From Bacteroidota bacterium (lineage in GTDB: Bacteria > Bacteroidota > Bacteroidia > AKYH767-A > OLB10): a stretch of DNA of 61,892 nt. This document shows positions 46,386-55,025 of the stretch, piece by piece; position 1 is the first letter of the stretch, and each line of letters opens with the position of its first letter. The position numbers were made by a program, and so were the translations under genes. The notes beneath the pieces are model-generated. The model was given only the letters and a program-made list of their open reading frames with translations, was not told the origin of the DNA and ran no database searches. The DNA lies in assembly GCA_031409815.1 (NCBI GenBank), contig JANNXV010000138.1, positions 1 to 61,892 on the forward strand, in the 5' to 3' direction.

Positions 46386-48077
46386 TTAGCGAAACTGATA
46401 ATCGACTCCTGTAACTTGTGTGAGCAATGTTTGTGGCGCATCTAACACATCAGCATTAAGGGGAGGTGTTGGTGTTACAGGTGAGTTAGCTGCCAAATAT
46501 TCTTTCATAATTGAATGCAAAGTATAAGTAGTGTTTTTTGCATTTACCACATTGCGCATCCTACAAAGCATATCGCTTGGATCGCCATCTCTTTCGCAAG
46601 CACAAATGTTATAATTTTTTGTCAAATCAAGAGGCGATCCTGCAACTGTAACTTCTTTAACACGTTTTCCCTTTTCTGCAAACGCATCAAACTTCACTTT
46701 CATTCCTTTAAACTTTATCACCCAACCACCAAATCGCTCCAGGGCATTTTTTGCGAATACATTATTTAATTCTTTTTCCAACCAATCAATAATTTGAGCA
46801 CCGGTTACAGTTCCAGTTCTCACAGTGCTGTCAACCGGAAACATATCAAATATGTAACCATCTGTTATTGGAATATTGCCTGTGTGATCGGGCGTGGTGC
46901 GTGGTGGACAAAAACGAAACCCGTTTGATAATACAATATCTACATCAGTCATTTTCCATTTCAATGCATCTAGAATCATAGTGTCAATAGGGTTCTCAAC
47001 CACAAAATATCGATATAAGGGTATGGTGCTATAGCCTGCGATTTTATTTATGTCTGCATCAAACGGCTGTTGGTTTTCTTTGATTAAATCGGCAATATTT
47101 TTTGATGGCTTAAATTTCTCAGTAGTAATTTCCACTAACTCATATTCATCTTTAATCACCTTGCCACTTTGAACTGTTAGATTTAACTTGCCAACAAATG
47201 AACCGAAAGCACCGGGTTCAACCACCTTGCTGTACTTACAAACAATTGGTTTGCGCACACGCTCATGCGTATCGCCACCTAAAATATAATCAACACCATT
47301 GCATTCTTCCATATTGGCTAATGCAATTTGTTGCGATAAACCTAAATGTGCTATAATTAAAACATATGCACACTGTTCCTGATTGCGCAACACATCTACA
47401 TAGTGCGCCAGGTTTTCCTCAGGCTTAGTGTAGATAATTCCTTTACTATAATTAGGAGATTGACGCAATGGAACCAATGGGTCGGTATATCCTAAAAACC
47501 CAATTTTAACTCCTTTGATATTCCAAATATTGTAAGGAGGAAAAATAAGTTCTCCCTTTTTTCCTTCGCCTAAATCGTGATACATATTAGCGCAAACTTT
47601 TGGTGCATTTAATGAACCTAGTAAAGTCTGCATTGCTTTTTTATAATAGATCACCTCCCAATTTCCGGGCAGGTATAAATCATAACCCATTTCATTTAAG
47701 ATAGGAACCATTGCCTTGCCTGTGGTCTTAACAGATAGTTCGCTACCCTGAAACATATCACCGGTATCGATAATAAAAGTATTGGGATTTTTTTTTCGTT
47801 CTTGTTTAAAGTAGGTATCAAGATAAGCGTACCCTCCAGTTTTACGAAACACCGACTTGTCATTTTCCCAAAACAATTCATCATGCGGATGCACCTGACA
47901 ATGTACATCGGTAGTTTGTAAAATAGAAAGAGTAAAAGGTTTGGTTTCCTCTTTGAATTCATCATTCTCTACTGCATCAACTTGTTTTGCAAAAGACACA
48001 ATGGGATTTGAAGACAATAATCCGGCACCACCTATCACACCAACTTTTTTAATAAAATCTCTTCTGTTATTATTCAT
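46386..48077 (-). CDS. soxB: SoxB-like thiosulfohydrolase (Tat-exported dinuclear metallophosphoesterase / 5'-nucleotidase family)
   Basis: Twin-arginine signal NRRDFIKKVGVIGGAG; metallophosphoesterase motifs TDVHCQ, DTGDMFQGS, GNWE and GGDTHE; a 5'-nucleotidase-type C-terminal domain; SoxB-like length. A generic 5'-nucleotidase is the alternative. Confidence 0.65.
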   Translation of the reverse strand: MNNNRRDFIKKVGVIGGAGLLSSNPIVSFAKQVDAVENDEFKEETKPFTLSILQTTDVHCQVHPHDELFWENDKSVFRKTGGYAYLDTYFKQERKKNPNTFIIDTGDMFQGSELSVKTTGKAMVPILNEMGYDLYLPGNWEVIYYKKAMQTLLGSLNAPKVCANMYHDLGEGKKGELIFPPYNIWNIKGVKIGFLGYTDPLVPLRQSPNYSKGIIYTKPEENLAHYVDVLRNQEQCAYVLIIAHLGLSQQIALANMEECNGVDYILGGDTHERVRKPIVCKYSKVVEPGAFGSFVGKLNLTVQSGKVIKDEYELVEITTEKFKPSKNIADLIKENQQPFDADINKIAGYSTIPLYRYFVVENPIDTMILDALKWKMTDVDIVLSNGFRFCPPRTTPDHTGNIPITDGYIFDMFPVDSTVRTGTVTGAQIIDWLEKELNNVFAKNALERFGGWVIKFKGMKVKFDAFAEKGKRVKEVTVAGSPLDLTKNYNICACERDGDPSDMLCRMRNVVNAKNTTYTLHSIMKEYLAANSPVTPTPPLNADVLDAPQTLLTQVTGVDYQFR

Positions 48078-48095
48078 GAATGAATTTTTTAGGTA

Positions 48096-49208
48096 TTACT
48101 TTTTTGCTGATGCAGTAACTTTTTGCTTTTCAACTTCCTCACGCTTCTTTTGTTCTGCAGCAATCGGTTTGTAGGGTCCATATTTATGCTGAAATTCCGA
48201 AAATTTATCGGCATAAGGACCGAATGGGTGATCAACCGGTTTCTTTGAACGATCAGGCCAGTCTTTAGGCACATTCTTATGAGGGCGGGTTTGAGTGTTT
48301 ACAAATGCTGCAACATCCCATGCTTCTTCATCAGTAAGCTGTGTGTTTTGATGAGTAACACCAAATGGCATATTGTATTTAGCATATTTAGCAAAGTTGC
48401 TGATGCGGTAAAGTCCTGCACCATCATTATAACTGTGTGGCCCCCATAAAGGCGGGTAAGTGTATTCTGTTCCGTCAGCTAGCAACACCCCTTCGCCATT
48501 TGCCTGATGACAACTCATGCATTTTGTTTTATAAACGATATTTCCTTTTCCTGGGTCGCATGCACGATCCAGAAAAGCTAAATCTTTAAAGCCAGAACCT
48601 TCAGCTTTTTTCCCCCTTTCCACTTTGGATCCTAAAAACTCAATATAAGATTTAATAGCCTGCATTTCATTACTCAAAGTATCTAATACTTTACCATTAA
48701 GGCTACGTTCGAAACAATCGTTTACCCTTTTATAAATGTCCTCAACTTTTCCACTACGTGCTCTGAATTTAGGATACATCGAAGTAACGGACCCATAATT
48801 ATTGCCAAACACTTTTGTACCTGCATCCAAATGACAGTTTTGACAATTCATACCGTTAGAAATTTTTAAAACGCTACCATTTGGCCCCAAATATTTTGCA
48901 GTGTGTGCTATTAACTCCTTTCCATAGGTAACCAAAGTCAGCTTTGTAGTATCAGAAATAGTATCGATATCCGGGGCTTGCCAATAGATAGTAGAGTCTC
49001 TTTTATCATTGTTTAAATTTTCAGGCAACTGTTGTTCTACATTTTTTTCTTTAGTAGACTTTGAAGCAAAAAAACTATTTATTGTATCGCTATTATAATA
49101 TAAAACCGGAATAAGCAATAGCATAAACACTAATAAAATAATCAGATTTAAAAACATCCTGATTATTTTAAGGAGTTCGTGCTGAGAATTATTTTGTTCT
49201 GTTTCCAT
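48096..49208 (-). CDS. tsdA: dihaem c-type cytochrome thiosulfate dehydrogenase, membrane-anchored
   Basis: Two CxxCH sites (CQNCH, CMSCH). Blocks VNDCFERSLNG (Cys haem ligand region), PPLWGPHSYNDGAGL and LTDEEAWDVAAFV closely match my recollection of Allochromatium vinosum TsdA. N-terminal TM helix. Confidence 0.8.
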   Translation of the reverse strand: METEQNNSQHELLKIIRMFLNLIILLVFMLLLIPVLYYNSDTINSFFASKSTKEKNVEQQLPENLNNDKRDSTIYWQAPDIDTISDTTKLTLVTYGKELIAHTAKYLGPNGSVLKISNGMNCQNCHLDAGTKVFGNNYGSVTSMYPKFRARSGKVEDIYKRVNDCFERSLNGKVLDTLSNEMQAIKSYIEFLGSKVERGKKAEGSGFKDLAFLDRACDPGKGNIVYKTKCMSCHQANGEGVLLADGTEYTYPPLWGPHSYNDGAGLYRISNFAKYAKYNMPFGVTHQNTQLTDEEAWDVAAFVNTQTRPHKNVPKDWPDRSKKPVDHPFGPYADKFSEFQHKYGPYKPIAAEQKKREEVEKQKVTASAKK

Positions 49209-49276
49209 TATTTTACTCCGTGTATTTTATTACAACTTTTTCAATAATTGATTATAAATTGCATCAAAAAAATAAA

Positions 49277-50077
49277 TTATTTCAAATAAATTTCTTTAAT
49301 AATTATATAAATACCCATTACTAAAACAAACCAACCAAATGCTGTTTTTAGTTTTGCTCCCGACACAAATTTAGCAGCATAATTTCCAATAAAAATTCCA
49401 ATTACAGATGCGAAAGTAAAGCTGGTAAGTAGTGACCAATCTATTATTTCGCTACCCTGCAAATCACCTGTAAAACCAATTAGCGATTTTGCTGCAATGA
49501 TAAAAAGCGATGTTCCCACTGCTAACTTCATTGGCATTTTAGCCAGTAATACCAATGCAGGAATAATTAAAAATCCACCGCCTGCACCTACTAATCCGGT
49601 TAATATTCCTACCAAAGCACCTTCCAATAAAATCATTGGATAATTGTAGTGCATTGGCTGCTCTTCATTTGATGTAGTTTGTTTTCCAGGTCTAATCATT
49701 GATATAGATGCCAATATCATAACCACAGCAAAGAGTAACATAATTGCAATGGGTTTTGTCAGAACAAAATCACCAATTGTTGCCACTTCTTTGGGAATAA
49801 AAGGCACTAACCATAAACGTGTTGCATAAACGGCAGCAATCGATGGAATACCAAAAATTAAAGCAGTTTTAAAATCTACTTTTCTTTGAAATGCATATTG
49901 CAATCCTCCAACCAATGCTGTTGAACCTACAATAAATAATGAATAGGCAGTTGCAATAACCGGTTCAACACCCATAACATAAACCAGAATTGGCACTGTT
50001 AAAATAGAGCCGCCACTACCTATTAAACCTAGAGAAACACCTACTAATACCGCTAACAGATAGCCTAAATACTCCAT
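49277..50077 (-). CDS. TauE/SafE family sulfite/anion exporter
   Basis: 266 aa with about 8 TM helices and duplicated GSGGSILTVP / GAGGGFLIIP motifs. Confidence 0.85.
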   Translation of the reverse strand: MEYLGYLLAVLVGVSLGLIGSGGSILTVPILVYVMGVEPVIATAYSLFIVGSTALVGGLQYAFQRKVDFKTALIFGIPSIAAVYATRLWLVPFIPKEVATIGDFVLTKPIAIMLLFAVVMILASISMIRPGKQTTSNEEQPMHYNYPMILLEGALVGILTGLVGAGGGFLIIPALVLLAKMPMKLAVGTSLFIIAAKSLIGFTGDLQGSEIIDWSLLTSFTFASVIGIFIGNYAAKFVSGAKLKTAFGWFVLVMGIYIIIKEIYLK

Positions 50078-50127
50078 AATTTATTCGATTTAAAGTTTGC
50101 AAATTTGAGAACAATAAGATGAAACCA

Positions 50128-50145
50128 GTGTGATCTATGTTACAC
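50128..50145. promoter_or_regulatory. CRP/FNR-like inverted repeat GTGTGA-N6-TTACAC
   Basis: tgtgatctatgttaca matches TGTGA-N6-TCACA at 9 of 10 arm positions. It straddles the Crp/Fnr gene stop and is centred about 60 nt upstream of the tauE ATG, and about 40 nt upstream of the inferred transcription start just downstream of the near-consensus -7 box caaatttg (50100..50107). Confidence 0.4.
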
Positions 50146-50778
50146 TTGGAGCATCTTTTGTTCTAGCTCAATACTGTTTCGGTGTAATTTAACCAAGCCT
50201 CGTTGTTCCATTTTTTTTAATAAACGTGATACTACTTCACGGGTTGAATTAAGATCGGTAGCAATTTGCTGATGTGAAATATTGATCACACGAAGACTTG
50301 AATCTTTTGATTGTCGTTTTAAATAAAACTCGAGGCGCTCGTCCATACTTCTAAATGCAATTTGATCAATCACGCTGAGTAATTCATCAAATCGACTGCG
50401 ATAAGTACTAATTACAAACTCATACCAACTCTTGTTCTCGGCCATCCACTTTTCCATCATTCTCAATGGGATAGAAAGAACAGTTGAATCCTCTAATGCT
50501 ACTGCTGTAATCTGACTTGTTTTTGACTGGGCTGCACAAATCATTGACACTGCACAAGCCTGACCGGGATTTAATTGGTACATAAAAAATTCGCCTCCTT
50601 CAATATCATCACGATAAATTTTAATCGCGCCCTTTAATATAAGCATTGTATTTTTAATGTATTGCGATTTGCGTATTAAAATTTCGCCTGCTTTAATCTC
50701 TCTGATTTCTGCATGTAATGCTATCTCATCTAATAGCGCTTTATCAAAGGCCGGAAAAAGTTCCTTTATGTCAATCAT
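50140..50778 (-). CDS. Crp/Fnr family transcriptional regulator
   Basis: N-terminal cNMP-binding-like beta-roll and a C-terminal HTH (ISHQQIATDLNSTREVVSRLLKKME). It has no N-terminal FNR Cys cluster. Confidence 0.85.
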   Translation of the reverse strand: MIDIKELFPAFDKALLDEIALHAEIREIKAGEILIRKSQYIKNTMLILKGAIKIYRDDIEGGEFFMYQLNPGQACAVSMICAAQSKTSQITAVALEDSTVLSIPLRMMEKWMAENKSWYEFVISTYRSRFDELLSVIDQIAFRSMDERLEFYLKRQSKDSSLRVINISHQQIATDLNSTREVVSRLLKKMEQRGLVKLHRNSIELEQKMLQV

Positions 50779-50794
50779 TTTGTAAAATAAAGTT

Positions 50795-50802
50795 CAAATC
50801 TA
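50795..50802 (-). promoter_or_regulatory. candidate -7 box TAGATTTG for the Crp/Fnr gene
   Basis: The reverse complement of caaatcta matches TAnnTTTG 17 nt upstream of ATG 50778. Confidence 0.35.
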
Positions 50803-51307
50803 TCATTAAATACTTAAGGTATAATTGAACATTGACTGTTAATAAAAAAATACTTGAAAAAACGAGAATAAGCCGAACAAAAATAAAAGAGCATATTAAT
50901 GTTATTCTTTTTTATATTACTCTACGTCACTTTTTCTATTCACCTAATTTAACTCCTTAATCAGAATTCCATTCATATTATATTAAAGCCATTTACCTTG
51001 TCGGACTCAATTTTTGTAGATGCCGTTTGTCTTTTTTTGCTTTGACCATAATAAAGTTTGCAAAAATTCCAGCAACATTATTCAGAGCAGGTTCTACAAG
51101 TATCGAGACATTGCGGTTATGGAGTAAATTGTTGCGTAACCACTATTTTGTCGCAATGGCTCATAATTTACTTAAGTCTGCATAGCATTTAATTAGTGGT
51201 TCCTCCCCAAAAATAGTTTGTTGCGGCAGTTCATTTTATTGGTATTTATATATTATTTATTAGATTTTTAATAGGTAGATTTACATCCGATTTTAGAGCA
51301 ATAAGGT

Positions 51308-53539
51308 ATGAATTTTAAAAAAATATTCTATATATTCTTAGTTGTATTTTGCAGTTTACTAATCCTAGCTTTTCTATTTATCTCTCCAATTACAAAATAT
51401 ATTATCGAAAAGAACAGTGAAGAATGGATCGGACGCAAGTTGAAAATCGAAAAATTATGGATTAATATATTTGCTGGTAGTCTTCATATAGAGAATTTTA
51501 AGATGTATGAAAACAAAAACGATAAGGTGTTCGTAAGCTTTGCAGATTTTTATTGCAATATCGAAATAAATAAATTATTTGCCGGAGAATATGCTGTTTC
51601 TCCTATCTCGCTTTCAAAACCTGTTATAAATATCATACAAACCGGTAGCAGATTTAACTTTGATGATATTATGAAACGGTTTGCGGACACTACGCAAACA
51701 AAGCCAGATCTTACTGTAGAACCTGTAAAATATTTTATCGAAAACTTTTCTATCTCATCTGGTGTTGTAAATTATTCCACCTCAGCTCCTGCTACATCTA
51801 TTTCAATAATTAATATAAATGCTACCACACTGCCGATAGCATTTACCGACTCTATTTATAATATCAAAAGCGATTTCAGTTTTAAAACAGGAGGTAAAAT
51901 TAATACGTTGTTAAATTTTAATACTAATTCGATGGCTTATAGTCTGAAATTCAAGGCCCAAAACCATAAGCTTAGTTTCCTGGCTGAATATTTGAAAGAC
52001 TACATGAAAGTTAAATCTTTTGATGCATGGTTAAATACAGACCTGAATATTTCAGGAAACTTAAATAAACCACAGGAAGTAGCAGCTTCGGGGATGTTGG
52101 ACGTCAACAATTTTTCGATCATCGATACAACCGGTGAAAGACTGGCTTCATTTGCAGAATATAAAATGGGTATTGACACTATCAATACTAAAGAAGGAAT
52201 TTATAATTTCAAGTATATACTATTAGATCAATTATATTTAAAATTCGGTATTTATAATGATGGAACAAATTTCGACCGTGTACTTGTTGAGGAAACAGTG
52301 GACTCTACTTCCGGTGCCCCATTGGAGGAATATTCAAATGTTTTCCAAATGATGGCTGGTTATATTAAATCATTATCAACCGAGTATTTGTTAAATGAAT
52401 ACCATGTAGAAAAACTTTCACTTAAAAATGGTCATATTTTTTTTACCGACTATACTTTGGAAGATAAATTTCAATATGATCTTGACTCGATGAATTTAGG
52501 CTCCGAAAATCTTAATTCGAAAAATGAAAGAATTAATATTGCATTAGCTTGTCGCTTGAATAAATCAGGTTTAATGTCGGGTACCCTCAGTATTAATCCT
52601 GACGGTTTTGAGGATATGGAAATTTATTACTTGGTTAAAGATTTATTAATTACCGATATTAATCCCTATTCGAAATACTATGTGGCAACACCGTTTATTA
52701 ATGGTAAAATATTATATGAGAACAAAACTACCATTGTTGACAACCAACTAAAAAGCATCAATAAATTATTTATCGAAAAAATAAAAGTTGGTAGTAAAAC
52801 CAGGTCCAAAGGATTATATGATCTGCCTGTTAAACTTGCCGTAACTATTTTAAGAGACCCCAAAGGAAATATAGATTTGGAAATACCTGTAGAAGGCGAT
52901 TTGAATGACCCTTCCTATAAAATTGGTAAAGTGATTTGGGCAGTTTTTAAAAACCTTATCATTAAAGCAGTCAAAGCGCCCTTTAGTTTAATTGCAAATG
53001 CTTTTGGCGGCAAAGAGGAAGATTATAAAGAGATACGTTTTGAATACCTTCAAAGGAGTGTAACCGAAGATCAGGAAAAAATATTGGGCAATCTTGTAAA
53101 ACTATTGAATGGAAAACCTGACCTTGGAATTGAGTTTGTGCAATTAAACAACAAGGATGATGAAATAGAACAACTTGGACTTTTTACTATAAAGAAGCAA
53201 TTTTTAGGCTTCAGTGGACTGGATAGTTTAAATGATGACCAGCTTAAACAGATAGTAGAATTGTCCAATAAAGACTCGATTTTTATCAGATGGGTTGATA
53301 ATACCATGGGAACTCAGGCTGGCTTGACTTCTATTCAAGAGAAATGCATTAGGCTTATTGGTAAAGAAAAATTGTTGACAGAGGTTGATTCGATAATGGA
53401 ACAGAGAAACAATTTTTTATCTGGGTATTTTATAGATAAAGGAATATCAGCTGAGAGAATTAAAATAACTGATTTAAAAGGAGAAAATCAGGCTACCAGA
53501 GAAGCAATTCCAAGATATTTGGTTAATTTATTTAATTGA
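51308..53539 (+). CDS. AsmA-like / DUF748 domain envelope protein
   Basis: Single N-terminal TM anchor, a 743-aa beta-rich repetitive body, and a family resemblance (DUF748) recalled from the N-terminal ..IEKLWINIFAGSLHIENF.. type segments. Confidence 0.55.
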   Translation: MNFKKIFYIFLVVFCSLLILAFLFISPITKYIIEKNSEEWIGRKLKIEKLWINIFAGSLHIENFKMYENKNDKVFVSFADFYCNIEINKLFAGEYAVSPISLSKPVINIIQTGSRFNFDDIMKRFADTTQTKPDLTVEPVKYFIENFSISSGVVNYSTSAPATSISIININATTLPIAFTDSIYNIKSDFSFKTGGKINTLLNFNTNSMAYSLKFKAQNHKLSFLAEYLKDYMKVKSFDAWLNTDLNISGNLNKPQEVAASGMLDVNNFSIIDTTGERLASFAEYKMGIDTINTKEGIYNFKYILLDQLYLKFGIYNDGTNFDRVLVEETVDSTSGAPLEEYSNVFQMMAGYIKSLSTEYLLNEYHVEKLSLKNGHIFFTDYTLEDKFQYDLDSMNLGSENLNSKNERINIALACRLNKSGLMSGTLSINPDGFEDMEIYYLVKDLLITDINPYSKYYVATPFINGKILYENKTTIVDNQLKSINKLFIEKIKVGSKTRSKGLYDLPVKLAVTILRDPKGNIDLEIPVEGDLNDPSYKIGKVIWAVFKNLIIKAVKAPFSLIANAFGGKEEDYKEIRFEYLQRSVTEDQEKILGNLVKLLNGKPDLGIEFVQLNNKDDEIEQLGLFTIKKQFLGFSGLDSLNDDQLKQIVELSNKDSIFIRWVDNTMGTQAGLTSIQEKCIRLIGKEKLLTEVDSIMEQRNNFLSGYFIDKGISAERIKITDLKGENQATREAIPRYLVNLFN

Positions 53540-53692
53540 TAAAAAGTTTGCTTAGGTATTATCAAATCGGCTAAGTAAAACCAATATTTAAATCCTTTTT
53601 TTTTAAGGTTTTGTATTGCATTCTTAACTTTATTTTATAACTGCAAATTGTTGAAATGGTGCATATGTTATTGTAAAAATTCAAAAAAAAGA

Positions 53693-53869
53693 GCTGGTGT
53701 ACGTTCCATGGCGTTGGATAATGAGGGAAATATGATTGATGATTTCAAGATTGTACACAACAATCATACTTTGCATGTTTTAAATGCGCCCACACCGGCT
53801 GCAACTGCCTGCCTGGCTATTGGCAATGCAGTGAATGAAAAGGCGGAGAAAAAATTTAAACTGAATTAA
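53693..53869 (+). pseudogene. 3' remnant of L-2-hydroxyglutarate oxidase (lhgO-type FAD oxidoreductase)
   Basis: AGVRSMALDNEGNMIDDFKIVHNNHTLHVLNAPTPAATACLAIGNAVNEK matches the conserved C-terminal ~60 aa of an about 400-aa enzyme family. No upstream Rossmann/FAD part is present. Confidence 0.65.
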
Positions 53870-54192
53870 CTATCGTTAAAAGTTATTTCTTTCTATTTCA
53901 ATAAATCAAATTAGCGCTGTTTTAAAAGACTACAACTAATTTTAGCAATTAATAGCAAGAGTTGAATTTTATTTTGCAAAAACTGCAATTAGTTTTCCGA
54001 TTGAAAATTTAATTATTGCTTTTAGCTAAAATAGTTTTGCTTTGCAATCGTTTATTGCAGTTCAATACTAAAATAATTTATTACACTCAATAATCAATTT
54101 TAACCAACCATTTTTCGCGGATATGTTTGCGCTTTAATCAATTGTTTTATCGATTTGATTTCTATAGCGTCACATTTAACACACAACATATC

Positions 54193-54999
54193 ATGAAATT
54201 ATTTTACACCATTCTCGCCCTGTTCTTTATTGCAGGTTCCTTGTTTGAACAAAGGCTCACAAGGAAAGAAAACGAAAGCTATTATAGTATGAAAGATTTT
54301 AAAAGCAGCGTTCAGTTGATGTTAAGCGGTTTATTGATTGACCTCTTTATTAAAAGTATTGCCATCTATATTTTAATGAAGCTTTCCACTCATGCACTCT
54401 TCTCATTGAGTTATCAATGGTGGGTATGGGTACTCTGTTACATCCTGTGGGACTTTGTATTTTATTGCAAACATTGTATGGAACATAATATTCGGTTTAT
54501 GTGGGCTATCCATGTAAATCATCACTCATCGCCCTTTATGAATCTTTCCACTTCGTTGCGTTCAGGAGTTTTTAAATCAAGCTATCGATATTTCTTTTGG
54601 GCAATACCCATTCTTATCGGATTTCCACTTCCGATGTTTTTGGTATTGTATGGAATAGGCAAAGTATGGGCCTTTTTTAGTCACAGCCAGAAACTTGGTA
54701 ATTGGGGTTGGCTTGAAAAATTTACTATCACACCCAATCATCATTTGCTGCATCACTCGTGCAATGAAGACAATCTCAATAAAAATTTCGGAGAAACTTT
54801 TTTGATTTGGGATAAATTATTTGGTACTTATAAGGAAAAGGAAACCACTGATCAATTGCAATATGGAATAACGGAAACAATAAACCATAATAATTTTAAC
54901 GAAGTGATTTTTCATGAATTCAAGAACATGAAAAGGGAATTAAGGCAATCAAATAATTTCATTGAAAAACTAAAAATAATTTTTGGAAAGCCACATTAA
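54193..54999 (+). CDS. fatty acid hydroxylase superfamily (sterol desaturase family) membrane protein, OlsE-like
   Basis: TM helices plus His boxes HCMEH, HVNHH and HHLLHH. The track ORF starts at TTG 54127. Confidence 0.75.
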   Translation: MKLFYTILALFFIAGSLFEQRLTRKENESYYSMKDFKSSVQLMLSGLLIDLFIKSIAIYILMKLSTHALFSLSYQWWVWVLCYILWDFVFYCKHCMEHNIRFMWAIHVNHHSSPFMNLSTSLRSGVFKSSYRYFFWAIPILIGFPLPMFLVLYGIGKVWAFFSHSQKLGNWGWLEKFTITPNHHLLHHSCNEDNLNKNFGETFLIWDKLFGTYKEKETTDQLQYGITETINHNNFNEVIFHEFKNMKRELRQSNNFIEKLKIIFGKPH

Positions 55000-55025
55000 A
55001 AATATTTAACTCTAAACAGATTCTC

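Noticed and set aside
49240-49262. TGTA-N6-TACA (tgtattttattaca) upstream of tsdA as a second CRP-like box
   Set aside because: The half-site spacing (TGT-N8-ACA) differs from the CRP/FNR geometry (TGT-N10-ACA) of the box at 50128. It is entirely A/T apart from the arms, so it is probably fortuitous.
53648-53692. N-terminal 15 codons of ORF 53648..53869 (MLKWCICYCKNSKKR) as a genuine small protein start
   Set aside because: They bear no resemblance to the LhgO family, which the remainder matches. The ORF is best explained as a chance opening in front of a gene remnant.
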